Positions 25,931 through 39,119 of a DNA stretch of 64,000 bases are shown here, one piece after another (position 1 is the first letter of the stretch; each line of letters opens with the position of its first letter). The stretch is from assembly GCF_009914755.1 (NCBI RefSeq), contig NC_060927.1. One strand, written 5' to 3'. The notes below the pieces were generated by a model that was given only the letters and a program-made list of their open reading frames with translations, was not told where the DNA came from and searched no databases. The stretch is from the human T2T-CHM13v2.0 reference genome, Homo sapiens. Position numbers and translations under genes: made by a program.

Positions 25931-26200
25931 TTGTTGCTCTTTGACCCTAAGTTATTAGAGAAAAAAACTGTATCCTCCTTTGATTTCATTTTTAATATGT
26001 TTTATCTTTTTATTATTTGTCAGGTTTAAAATAATAATGAATTGCAATATTTACACTTAAAACTAAAAAGTATTTTGTTTCATATTTCTCACCATCCAGG
26101 TGTTTCTGACATACAAAAATGTGATTTTATTTTAATAACATTTTCTTCATTGTTGAAAAGATGAATATATTTATAAAACTTTTTAAAGAATAAAATAAAA

Positions 26201-26331
26201 GCTAGGCTTGGTGGTGCATGCCTGTGGTCCCAGCTATTCGGGAGGCTGAAATGAGAGTAATGCTTGAGCCCAGGTGCTGAGACAGCCTGGGAAACACAGC
26301 AAGAGCTCATTGCTCAAAAAGGAAAAAAAAA
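26201..26331 (+). mobile_element. FLAM Alu monomer
   Basis: Single ~115-bp arm plus A tail. Confidence 0.8.
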
Positions 26332-26439
26332 TTCTCTAAAATTGTATAACAGCATTCTCAAAAAAAATTGAGTATAACTGAATAGTGTATCTTAGCTTTT
26401 TAAAAAGTTTTGCTGAGTTGATAGCCAAAATTATATATC

Positions 26440-27395
26440 TCAATTCTTGATTTTGGTATATTTCCCATTTTATTATCTAGAAATTTGAATATCAGTATTT
26501 TTCCTATTTTTATTGTTATTTGAATTTCTCCTTTTTGAGTTGTCTGGCAGTTCTTTGTGCTCACGTTACTATAGATGTTTATTCTTCCAAAGCTTTGTCT
26601 GTTGTATGCTGCAAATTTTCCCCTCTGTTGATGTCTTTGAACTTGTTTCATAGAAATTATTGATAATATGTAATTTTAAATTTTAAATTTTATGTAGTTT
26701 AACAATTCAACTTTTTTACTTTGGTTTGGTTTTGGTTTTATGAAACCAACAGTAAGCTTGCAACTTTCCATCTAAAGATCTGTTGGACATTTCTTTATAT
26801 CTTCTAATTTTGATTACCTTATTTATTTTAATTTAGAATTTTGATCAAGCTGAAATTCATATTTATATATCAAGTGTGATGAGTTGTTATCATAATGTTT
26901 TTTTCTAGAGTCAACCTTTTGATACTAATGCCATGTCTTTGAAAGTCATTCTATCCCCACTGTTATGAAATATTAATTTTACCATCTACTGGGTGTTTCT
27001 GTTTAAAGTGATGAGTTCTATTTAGTTGCTCCCTTATTTGATTGTGGCAGCAAGCCTACATTGCTTTTAGTTATTATAAATTTTGTAATATGTTAACAAC
27101 TTGTAGAGCAAGGTTTTTTTTTTTACCACTCTTCTCCAAAATTTTCTTTATTCCCACCTATTTGTTCCTCCTTAGTGAGCATGGTCAATTTTGTGAGATA
27201 GCAGAAAAGTTAAGATATTTATTAGAATAGCAGTTTGAGTATAGATTAATGTGAAATGACTGACTGGATTTTCCACAGGGAAATACAGTGTCTCTGAATT
27301 AATTTAGATATTTCATGTTTGTCAATAAGTTTTATAACTGACTTCCTATGAGTTCCACGCATTTCTTATTTAGGTTTTTCCTGTGTATTTCATAT
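26440..27395 (-). mobile_element. Highly decayed old L1 fragments
   Basis: T-rich reversed ORF2 remnants (tgctgcaaattttccc; tttaggtttttcctgtgtatttcat). Confidence 0.5.
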
Positions 27396-30300
27396 CTTTT
27401 TTTTATTTTAAAATTGATGTATAATATTTTACATATATAGAGAGTACATGTAATATTTTGTTGCATGGATACAATGTGTAATTATCAAGTCAGGATATTT
27501 AGAGCATCTATCAGCTTGGGTATTTATCATTTCCATGTGTTGGGAACATTTCAAATTCTTCTAACTACTTTGAAATATGCATTAGGGAAAAGAGCTAATG
27601 CATGCTAGGCTTAATACCTAGGTGATGGGTTGATAAATGCAGCAAACCACTACGGCACACGTTTACCCGTGTAACAAATCTGCATATCCTGCACGTGTAC
27701 CCTGGAACTTAAAAAAAGAAAAGAAAATGAAATATGCAATACACTGTTGCTAATTATAGTTACCATACTCTGCTATCAAACATTAGAACTTATGCCTTCT
27801 AACTAACCACATGTTTGTACTCATTAACCAAACACTTTTTTTTGCCCCATTTACATGCACATTCATTACTTTCATGAGAGCAACTTTTTTTAGCTCACAA
27901 ATATGAGTAAGAACATGTGAAATTTGTCTCTGTGTCTGGCTTATTTCACTCAACATAATGACCGCCAGTTCCATGCACATGACTGCAAATGACATGATTT
28001 CATTCTTTTTTATTGGAAAATAGTATTCCATTGTGTATAAATCCCACATTTTCTTTATTCATCCACTGATGAACACTTAGGTTGATTCCATGTCTTTGCT
28101 ATTATGAATAATGCTGCAATAAACATTTAAGTACAAGTATGCTTTGATATACTAATTTCCTTTGGATAAATATCTGGTAGTAGAGTTGCTGGATTGTATT
28201 TTTAGTTTTTTGGGAAATCTCCATACTGTTTTCCATAGTGGCTATACTAATTTACATTCCTGTCAATGTGTATAAAAGTTCTCTTCCTCTGTTTCCTTAC
28301 CAGCATCTGTAATTTTTTGTCTTTTTAAAAATAGCCATTTTAACTGGGGTAAAACAATAACTCACTGTGGTTATGATTTACATTCCCCTTGTCCTTTGCC
28401 CACTTTTTAATGGAATTATTTGTTTTATTTTTTCTGTTGAGTTCATCGTATATTCTAGATATTAGTCCCTTGTCAGATGAATAGTTTGCAAATATTTTCT
28501 CCTATTCAACAGGTTGTCTCTTCACTCTGCTGATTATTGCTTTGCTGTGAAGAAGAGTTTTAGTTTAATATAGTCCAATTTTGTTTCTGTTGTCTATGCT
28601 TTTGAAGACTCAGCCATAATCTTTTCCTAAACCAATGTCCTGAAGTGTTTTCCCTGTTTTCTTCTAAGAGTTTTATTGTTTTGAATCTTACATTTAAGTC
28701 TTTAATCCACTTTGAGTTGATTTTTGTTTATGGTGAGAGGTATGAATTTAGTTTCATTTTCTGTATACATTCGGTTTTCCTAGACCATTTATTGAAGAGA
28801 CTCCCCAATGTATGTTCTTGGAACCCTCATCAAAAATCAGTTGGCTGTAAATATGTAGATTTATTTCTGGGTTCTGTATTCGATTCCACTGGTCTCTGTG
28901 TCTGTTTTTGTACCAGTACCATGCGATCTTAGTTACCATAGCCTTGTAATATATTGAGTTTCAAGTAGCGTGGTGTCTCCAGTTTTGTCCTTTTTGCTCA
29001 GGATTGCTTTGGCTATTTGGGCTCTTTTAGTTTCCACACAAATTTTAGGATTATTTTTTCTATTTCTGTAAAAAATCTCATTGGTATTTTGATAGAGATT
29101 ACATTGAATCTGTAGATCACAAGGGGCAGTATGGTCATTTGAAGGATATTAACTCTACTGATCCATGAGCATGGAGTATCTTTCCCTTCGTGTTGTTTTT
29201 AATTTATTTCAACAGTGTTTTGTAGTTTTTCTTTTAGAAATCTTTCATTTCCTTGTTACATTTATTCCTAGGTATTTTTTATTTTTGTAGCTATTGTAAA
29301 TGGGATTGCCTTCTTGATTTATTAGTACATTAATTAGTACATTAATTAGCATATAGAAATGATTCTGATTTTTGTATGCTGACTTTGTATTCCGCAACTT
29401 CATTGAATTTATCAGGTCTAAGAGTTTTTTGGTTGAATCTTTAGTTTTTTTAATATATAAGATCATATCGTCAGCAAACAGGGACAATTTGACTTATTTT
29501 CCAATTTGATTGCCTTTTATTTCTTTCTCTTGCCTGATTGCTCTGGCTAGGACTTCCAGTAATATACTAAATAGGAGTGGGGAAAGTTGTCATCCTCATC
29601 TTGTTCTAGTTATTAGGGGAAAGGCTTTCAGGCTTTCTTCATTCAGCATGGTGTTACCTGTGGGTTTATTACATTTGACCTTTATTATGTTGAAGTATGT
29701 TCCTCCTATGCCTAGTTTGTTGAGAATTTTTACCATGAAAGGATGATGAATTTTATTAAATGCTTCTTCCATGTCAATTGAGATCATCATATGGTTTTTG
29801 TACTTCATTCTGTTGATGTGATGTATATTGTTTATTGATTTGCATGCCTTGAACCATTCTTCCATCCCTGGGATAAATCCCATTTGATAGTGGTATATTA
29901 TTTTTTTAATGTGCTGTTGGATTTGGTTTGCTAGTATTTTTTTGAGAATTTCTGTACCTATGTTCATCAGGTATATTGGCCTGTAGTTTTCTTTTGTTGT
30001 GCCCTTGTCTGGTTTTGGTATCAGGATAATGCTGGCATCATGGAATAAGTTAGGTAGAATTTTCTCCTCTCCAATTTTTTGGAATAGTTTGAGGAGAATT
30101 GGAGTTAGTTCTTCTTTGACAGTTTGATAGAATTTGGCAGTGAAACCATTAGGTCCTGTACTTCTGTTGTTGGGAGACTGTTTATTACTTATTAAATCTT
30201 ATTATTTGTTATTGATCTGTTCAGATTTTTAATTTCTTCCTGATTCAATCTTGGTCAGTTGTATGAGTCCAGGAATTTATCTGTTTCCTCTAGGTTTTCT

Positions 30301-30930
30301 AATTTTTTAATGTATAGTTGTTCATAATAGTGCCTGATGATCCTTTGTGTATCTGTGATATCAGTTGTAATGTCTTTTTTTTTCATATCTGATTTTGCCT
30401 GGGCCTTCTTTCTTTTATTTTTTGGTTAATCCATCAAGTGATTTATTTATTTTGATTATCTTTACAAAACACAAATTTTCATTTCATTTATCCTTTGCAT
30501 TTTTTCATTTGCCTCTACTTTAATTCTGCTCTGATCTTTATTATTTCTTTCTTTCTACTTATTTGGGGTTTGGTTTGTTCTTGCATTTCTAGTTCTTCAA
30601 AGTGCATTTTTAAATTGTCTATTTGAAATCTTTCTACTTTTTTATGTGGGCATTTATTCTATCAGCTTTGTTCTTAGCACTGCTTTTGCTGTATCCCATA
30701 GATTTTGATACGTTGTGTTTGAATTTTTGTTTGTTTCTAGAATTGTTTTGATTTAACCGTAATTTCTTCCTTGACCCAGTGGTTGTTCAGGAGCATGTTG
30801 TTTAATTTGTATAGTTTACAAAGTTTCTCTTTTTATAGATTTCTAGTTTTATTGTAGTCTGAGAAAATATTTTATGTGGTTTCTATTTTTAAAAGTTCAT
30901 TGAGACTTGTTTTGGTTCCTAACATATTAT
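27396..30930 (-). mobile_element. 5'-truncated L1MA (about L1MA2/3)
   Basis: Minus-strand ORF2 peptides: [18 protein letters not shown]...GFIPGM (29596-29967), SLFADDMILY (29245-29487), [16 protein letters not shown]. Confidence 0.92.
27582..27728 (+). mobile_element. 147-bp L1PA 3' tip inserted in the antisense L1MA
   Basis: ttagggaaaagagctaatgcatgc...ggaacttaaaaaaag; exact TSD gaaatatgca at 27572-27581 and 27729-27738. Confidence 0.9.
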
Positions 30931-30939
30931 TACATTTCC

Positions 30940-32040
30940 TTTTGATTTTGGCTAGTTTACAGAAAAGTCACATATTTTTATTCATTTTCCTTTTATCCAT
31001 TTAATTTACTTAATTCTTATATGAATAGATTTTTATTTGATTTTCTTGACTATTTAAAATAGTCAATATATCATCACATAAAAGATGGAGTTAAAAATAA
31101 TAGAAAATATTTTGAATCTAAAAATTTTTCCTCAGCAATATTGTTTCTGCTTCATGTACTAAATAATAGCATATAATTATATTTAGAGAGATAGTCCATT
31201 TGAATTATTATAAATCACTCTTAATCGTGCAAACCAAATAGTGTATCATTCAATTAAGCCTCCTTCTTCAACTCAAAAAATTATTTTTAAGAAGCGATTT
31301 CAAACAGGAATATTTGGAGTTTTTGTGTTTAAATATTTTCAGTTGATGCATAGTTTTAATATTACATTTTGTCTAGAAAATGTAGCTAGCATGATTTCTA
31401 ATTGACAAACTTAACTAAGCTTTTCTTTTTTGATTTACATGCATTTAATTTGTGATAAGTTCCACTGTACATTTGACAAACAGCAAATTACATACTGGAT
31501 ACTACACTAATAATACAGCATTATATTCAGCATTCCATATTCTTATGTTATTGTATCTGATTGCTAGAGATGCACTAAAGTCTCCCTCTATAATCACATT
31601 TGTCTATCTTCCATTGGACTTAACCATCTTATGCTTATTTGTATGTTATGGTGTTTGATTTGGGGGCACTTAAAAACACATGATTGTCCGATCTTTCTAT
31701 GTGAAATTTACTTTATTTTATTAAATTCATCTTGTCCAATGTTAGCCTTATTATTTTTCCTTTCTTTAAGTTTGCCTAAAGTTTGTGGGCCTGAGTCATT
31801 TTATTGAATTTTTCTTAAAAGCAAAATATTATTAAATTGTTTTTACCCAATCTGGATACACCATCTGGTTATTTTTTTTCCTTTCAGTAGATGAACTCAC
31901 CTTATTTTTTAATTAGCTACCATAAATATCAGGTTCCATTTTACCTGATCAAACAAGTTTCAGTGTTTTATTTTTTCTTTTGTCATTCCTTTCTCTTTTG
32001 TCATTGTCTTTTTTATTGACAAATAATTTCTTGATTTATT
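30940..32040 (-). mobile_element. Highly decayed old L1 fragments
   Basis: T-rich remnants (tgctagagatgcactaaagtctccctctataat). Confidence 0.45.
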
Positions 32041-33499
32041 TCTTCTTTTGGAGAAAATATATGTTTATTCAATTTAAACTTATAGCCAAATGGAGTTTAT
32101 ATGGATTCTGCTAGAAACTGATGTAGGTCATGCTTTGAATTCCTTATCATTTCCAGATCTTATAGCCTGACAGGAAGTGGAAGGAACAAACAGTCCCAAA
32201 AGAAACTTCCTTCATCGGAAATGTCATTGTTCATTCCATTTGATGTTGCTGTCTTTACTATAATAAACTTTAGCAGTGCCTAATTTTATGCTTGGCCAAA
32301 TCACACATTTCTGGATGTCGGCGTTTTTCCCAAAGTTCCAAGCAGACAGTAGGCCTAGAAATGACTTCCATTTCTCCCCATACTTTCTTTTGATGCCTTT
32401 CTTTGACCCATTCACTCAGGATGTGGCAGACTGAATCAGCCAGCATTATCTTTATTTGCCTTCTAGATAGATAGCTTTTTTGAAGGAGGTGAAATTTAAT
32501 ATTGTTATATTTCCATCCTCTGTGGCTTCCATCAAACTGAATCACACTATTTCAATGGAAATTCCTGAAACTTTGGCCAGGAAGATGTTGGTATCACTAG
32601 TCATTTTCTAAAAATGGCTCAGTTGTTTCCTCTTTTACTGGTGTATAAATTATTTCAATATGAACTCAGGTAGATGAGGAACTACATGCAATCTTGAAAA
32701 TATGTATGTTCCCCAACTTGTGGCTTTGACACAGTTTATATTTCATGTGAAGAAGAAACCACAGTTACTTTGCACAGGAGTTAATTTTAAGAAGCATCTG
32801 ACCAGTATGTGTATACACTGACATGGAACTCATCTGAGATAGATCTTATATCAGCTCATATAAGCTTAGAATATTAAAACTTTCTATTGCTATTCCCCAG
32901 ATAACTTGACTTTGTTTTTATATGCCAATAGGCCATATAGTAAGTACTAGTAAGTAATCCTGATTTCAGATACTTTATTAATTTGTTTCTTCCCTTAGTT
33001 CAGAAAGGCTCTTTAATTCATACTTCTTGAGTTCTCATATAGGAAACACTTAAAATTATATATGAACCATAGTGGCAAAATTGGAGATTCTCCAGTAGTC
33101 TGGCTCACTAGTTCCTCTGAATGATTTACCATAGATCTGCCTTTGCAGTTCATATATTTCCAGGTCATTCAGTGGAATTCTATTGTTAAAAAAAAAAAAA
33201 GCCTTCCTACAGACAAACACTCAAACTACTTCAATGTGATAGTTCCTGGCAAGACTGCACATTGAAATTGCCATTTTAAAAAAGAGCAAAGAAGATCTAG
33301 GAGTAAATAGGGAAAAAGTCGAAATTAATGGGCTTTATTTTTAATAGTGGGAAGTCTTTGAAACATAAAGGATATGACAATGATTTCTCAAATGTCAATA
33401 GATGAAACAGCCCTGAAATGTATATAATAGGAAAAGAAAAGTATTAATGTTAAAATTATGGAAAGATGTTTTTAAAGATTCCAAATGAAAGTGTTTTGA

Positions 33500-33700
33500 C
33501 TAGTGGTGTTCTGGTAAATGTTTAAAAAAACAGCTTGAGGAGAAAGAGGAAAAGCCCTGATTCATGAAGTTTGCCAATTTCCATAGTGTAAATATTCCCA
33601 ACATGATCAATTTCAAGCTATCTTCATGAAGTCACTGAACACAGAGTCAGGAAGAAATGTGTCCAGTGATTCTCATGAGCCGGTGAAAGTCATCTCCAAA
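33500..33700 (+). mobile_element. MER63A hAT element; its last ~15 bp are displaced to 35904-35918 by THE1D
   Basis: agtggtgttctggtaaatgttta...aaaagccctgatt...atttcaagcta...gtcactgaac. Confidence 0.8.
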
Positions 33701-35903
33701 TGATATGGTTTGGCTCTGTTGCCCTACTCAAATCTCATCTTGAATTGTAATGCCCATGTGTGGAGAGAGGGAGGTGTTTGGATCATGGGGGTAGTTTCCC
33801 CCATGTTGTTCTCATGATAGTGAGTGAGTGCTGATGAGATCTGATGGCTTTATAAGTATTTGATAGTTCATCTTTCATATGCACTCTCACCTGCCACCAT
33901 GTAAGAAATGCTTGCTTCCCCTTCTGCCATGATTGTGCGTTTCCTGAGGCCTCCCTAGCCATGCAGAACTGTGAGTCAATTAAACCTATAAATTACCCAG
34001 TCTTGGGCAGTCCTTTATAGCAATATGAAAATGGACTAGTACAGTTAATTAGTACAAAGAGTGGGGTACTGCTAGAAAGATACAGAAAATATGGAAGCAA
34101 CTTTGGAACTGGGTAATGGGCAGAGGTTGATAGAGTTTGGAGGGCTCAGAAGACAGGAAGATGAGGGAAAAATTCGATCTTCCTAGGATTATTTAATGGT
34201 TTTGACCAACATGCTGATAGTGATATGGACAATGAAGTCCAGGCTGAGGTGGTCTGAGATGGAGATGAGGAACTTCTTGGGAAGTGGAGCAAAGGTCACG
34301 CTTACTATGCTTTAGCAAAGAGACTAGTGGAATTTTGCCCCTGCCCTAGGGATCTGTGGAACTTTGAATTTGAGAGAGAGGATCTGAAATAGGAACTTAT
34401 GTTTAAAAGGGAAGCAGAGCATAAACGTTTGGAAAATTTGCAGCCTGGTGATGCAATAGAAAAGAAAAACCCATTTTCTGAGAATAATTTCAACCTGCTG
34501 CAGAAATTTGCATAGGTAATGAGGAGCTGAATGTTAATCACCAAGACAATGGGGAAAATATCTCCATGTCAGAGATCTTGGTGGCAGCCCCTGCAATCAC
34601 AGGTCTAGAGACCTAGGAGGGAAAAATGGTTTCTTGGGCCTGGCCAAGGGCCACTCTGCTCTTTGCAGACTCAGGACTTGGTGTCCTGTGTCCCAGCTGC
34701 TCCAGCTCCAGCTGTGGCTAAAAGGGACCAAAGTACAGCTTAGGCAGTTGCTTCAGAGGGTGCAAGCCCCAAGCCTTGGTGGCTTCTACATGGTGCTGGG
34801 TCTGCATGTGCAGAGTCAAGAAGTCAAGAATTGAGGTTTGGGAACCTCCACCTATATTTCAGAGGATTTATAGCAATGCCTGGTTGTCCAGGCAGAAGTC
34901 TGCTGCAGGGGTAGGGCCCTCATGGAGAATCTTTGCTAGGGCAATGTAGAAGGGAAATGTGGGGTCAGAGCCCCCACACAGAGTCCCCATTGATCACTGC
35001 CTAGTGAAGTTGTGAGAAGAGGGTCACCATCCTGCAGACCCCAAAATGGTAGAACTACTAACAACTTGCACTGTGTGCCTGGAAAAGCCACAGGTATTCA
35101 ATATCAGCCTGTGAAAGAGCTACCTAAGGCTGTGGAAGCCCATCCCTTGCATCAGCGTGCCCTGTATTTGAGACATGGAGTCAAAAGACATTATTTTGGA
35201 GCTTTAAGATTTAATGACTGCCCTACTGGATTTTGGACTTTTATGGGGCCTGTAGGCCCTTTGTTTTGGCCAATTTCACCATTTGGAATGGGAGCATTTA
35301 TCCAATGCCTGTATCCCCATTATATCTTGAAAGTAACTAACTTGCTTTTGATTTTACAAGTTCATAGGTAGAAGAGACTTGCCTTGTCTCAGGTGAGACT
35401 TTGGACTGTGGACTTGTGAGTTAATGCTGAAATGAGTTAAGACTTTGGGGGACCGTTGGGAAGGCATGATTGGTTTTGAACTGTGAAAAGACATGAGATT
35501 TGGGAAGGGCCAGGGGCAGAATGATATTGTTTGGCTCTGTGTCCCCACTCAAATCTCATCTCAAATTGTAATCTCCACGTGTCGAGAGGGACCAGTAATA
35601 CTCACATGTCGAGAAAGGGAGGTGATTGGATTATGGGGGTCATTCCCCCATGCTGTTCACATGATAGTGAGTTCTCATTAGATCTCATGGTTTTATACGT
35701 GTTTGACAGTTCCTCCTTCATATGCTCTCTCGCCTGTCACCATATAGGATATACCTGCTTCCCCTTCTGCCATGATTTTAAGTTTCCTGAGGCCTCCCCA
35801 GCCATGTGGAACTATGAATCAATTAAACCTCTTTTTTTTTTCTTTTTAACAAATTACCCAGTCTTGTGCAGATTTTTACAGCAGTGCTAAACAGACTAAA
35901 ACA
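33701..35903 (+). mobile_element. Full-length THE1D MaLR: LTR 33701-34043, internal 34044-35521, LTR 35522-35903
   Basis: Two direct LTRs tgatat(g/t)gtttggctctg...gacta..aca, typical THE1 internal region, 5-bp TSD ccaaa/ccaga. Confidence 0.93.
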
Positions 35904-36159
35904 CCAGAAAGCCATTGGGATAATCTTTTTAGCATTTTTAAAAGTGGTTACTAGGCTATATAAGGCTATATAAGACCTAATTGGTAAAGGTAAAGGGTGC
36001 CTTGTGCCTGGTGGTATGCACTTTCACATTTAAAGTAATGAATGACGCAATGTGGTAAAATTGAAAATGACTGAGACCATAAAATCAAAAACTCACAGAT
36101 TTGAATCCCAACATCATAACCTAGTGTATGATTTTAACAAAATTACCTAATCTGTCTTA

Positions 36160-36512
36160 ATTTATTTCATTTATTTATTTTTAATGGACAAAAATTGTAT
36201 ATATATATGGTGTGGAACATGAAATATGTATACATTATGGAATGGCTACATCAAGCTAATTAACATATGTATTACCTCATATAATATTCATTTGTGTTAA
36301 GAACTCTTAAAATCTCTCTTAGCAATTTTCAAGTATAGAATATATTGTTATTATCTATTGTCACCATGTTATACAATAGAGCTCTTGAACTTATTCCTCT
36401 TATCCAACTCATATTTTTGTAATCTATGACCAACTATCATTCTCCAGCCCCTGGTAACCAACATTCTACTCTGCTCCTTTGAGTTCAATCTTTTTAGATT
36501 CCAAATATTAAG
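36160..36512 (-). mobile_element. L1MA (about MA8/9) 3' end inserted into a MIR (MIR parts ~36040-36160 and ~36520-36640)
   Basis: atcaagctaattaacatatgtattacctca...tttttagattcca. Confidence 0.8.
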
Positions 36513-38039
36513 ACTTCTATTATCCATCTGTAAAATTCTGCAAAATTGGAACTATTCAGCAAACATCTTAAAATGATTAAAAGACAATAAAGATAATAAA
36601 CATGAATGTATGTGGTATATAAATAGATTAGGAATTATTATTTTTCTTCCAGCTTCTATACTACTTGTTTCCTTCTAGCTGTCCTTACTCAATAGAAAAT
36701 ACTAAATTGAAGTCAGAATATGAATTATAATTAGTAAGGGAATGATATGGCTCTAGTTGTTAATATACCTACATAGCTACTTGAAAATTACTCTTATATA
36801 GGAGGGAGAGTTCATGAGAAATGCAGGCACCAAAGGAGGAAGTCAGTACCAACATTCATTTTCCTTTCCATCTTTGACAAAATTTAAAAAGCTATGGGCA
36901 ATGACACATGGATAATCTTCAGGACCCAATTTTGTCACTTGTTATTTTGTAGCCTCTATGGTTCAGGAAAAGGAAGTCAAGGAATGTGGAAAGGGTATTG
37001 AGTGGACCAACCTATGGTATTTGCTACAAAAATACAATTGTGTAAAAGGCAGGAATGATGTGTCATGGGAATTCATGAAAGAAAATAACTTTGGGCTATA
37101 ATAAACAGGGGTAATTTAAAACCCTGACATTAAAAATAGTGTCTGCAGTGTTTTAATGGATGAAGATGGTCAGATTTAGAACATTGTGGGTGAATCAAAT
37201 ATATATATATATATGAACTGATACAGAAGTAGAAAAGATTAATGTTTAATTAAAAGGTAAGCAGCTTAATATATTCCAAATGCAAAGTAAGCTTATGGTA
37301 GTATCAGGAAGTGTACTAGCTTGGTACTAGGTTAGCAAATGAGCCTATGGATTTGTCTTTTATTTGCTATGTAATTACCATATTTGAAGATGCATACATT
37401 GTATTGACGGCTTTATTTATGTTTTTATTTAATTCCCAAATGATATTAAAAAGAAAGCATCATGACATTTTTATAGAAGAGGGAACTGATGACCAGTTTA
37501 CCTTGATGATCTAAGGTTATACAATTTATCATTCAAGAAACATTGAAAGTTTTTGACAAGGGAAGTAACATGATGGAAAGTGTAAGTTCCTGCAGTTATT
37601 TGACATTAGCAAATTAAAATTCCTGCCTTACTTTACACTGAAGGCAAATTTAGAAGCTCTTGATTACTATAGATGCCAACAGCTTATTCTTCATATAGCA
37701 TATGGTAATGTCTTAGTAGCATTCCTTCTAAAAACAAAAGTGACACCCAGCTCCCAGCATTTCACTCATCTCCCTCTTTGCAGCATATCAGTGAAGGGGC
37801 TTTTGCCTTTTCTGGTATATAAAACAAAAGTTATCTAGGCAATTATTCAATGCAAGTTTTCATTGAGGGATAAATTAATCCATCTATTCTCATGAAATGC
37901 ACTAGTTTAGATTCATTTTTCAGTTTCATTTGCAGAGAAGTGAACCTTGAGCAAATTTGAAACATGACAGGAAAATGTGATTAAGGAAAGAACTAAGTTT
38001 CCAAACACAATTCTATGCAAGAAGAGGGGCTTAATTGAG

Positions 38040-38260
38040 TGGCTAAATATCACTCTCTTCGGAGTGTTCTTACTGAAATCTTCAGTAACCTCCAAATTGA
38101 TAAATCCATAAAACAATCTTCAGCCCTCATCCTGTCTTATCACTTGGCAGCATTTGACCATGACTTACAGAAACTATTTCTTGAAATATTTTTAATTAGT
38201 TTCTATAGCAATGCTCTTCTGACTTTTTTTACATTTTAAGCATTCTTTCTGTGTTTTATA
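38040..38260 (+). mobile_element. L2 fragment
   Basis: aacctccaaattgataaatcca...ctcatcct...cagcatttgac. Confidence 0.6.
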
Positions 38261-39119
38261 GGATTTGTTAGTTTGTTTGTTTTTTGTTTTGGTAGTACTT
38301 GGAGGTCAACCGGAAGTGGCAAAAAGCAAATGGGTAAAAGAGTAAAAAATCAAATATTCTTAACCTGATGTAAACATTCTTTACAATCTAGCCCCATGTG
38401 CTTTTCCAACTTTACCTCTAGACCAGATTAATTTACCATTCTGATTTTCTCAACTCAGAAGTACTTAACAATCACATTCTCATTAAAATCTACCTAGAGT
38501 GTCTGCAGAAATTGCTATTTAATTTACTGGGATTTTACAGCTCTTATTTGTATAAATTTGTAATTGAATTTACTATATGTACGTATAGTTTATGTCTAAA
38601 AAATATCTCCCCCACCTTCAGTCTGAATGAGCATAGAACATGCCTTTAATCCTTCTGTACGTAGTGACTAGTGACTAAAATAAGGTTAACAGAATCAGTA
38701 AATGCATGTTTAACTAGCAAATGAAAGTTCAATGAACTAATAATACCTGATTTTCTTATTAGTAATACCATCTTGGTCAAGTCTCTAAACTTTTTTGTGT
38801 TTTTGTTTACTTACCTGAAAAATTGATATAGTAATTATGGCCCCCCACTTTAAAATCTCAGAATATTTTGGTATCAAAATAAGAATACTGGTTACAAAGG
38901 TATTTATAAATGTAAGGTATTATGTATAGAAAAACAGACCAATTTGAATGTTATGAGCTTATAGTTTTACTAAAGTTTCAGATAGCCACACATGCACGTG
39001 TGAGTGCACACACAAGATATCCCACAAATAAAATGAAATGTTACTGGATTTCCTATCTTTATTAATTCTTGTATTTATCAATGTGTGGAAAAAGTATCAA
39101 CTTTGCTGATTTGGTAGCC

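Noticed and set aside
29245-29967. Reverse-transcriptase-like ORFs (also 2459-4225)
   Set aside because: Fragments of dead, truncated L1 ORF2 with stops and frameshifts
31046-31066. Palindrome ttgactattt-a-aaatagtcaa
   Set aside because: 10-bp AT-rich arms within decayed L1; compatible with chance
32040-32840. Possible minus-strand processed pseudogene (AATAAA plus A-rich run near 32050; ORFs 32224-32545)
   Set aside because: Peptides match nothing I recognise and there is no TSD or clean poly-A; a BLASTN/BLASTX search would settle it
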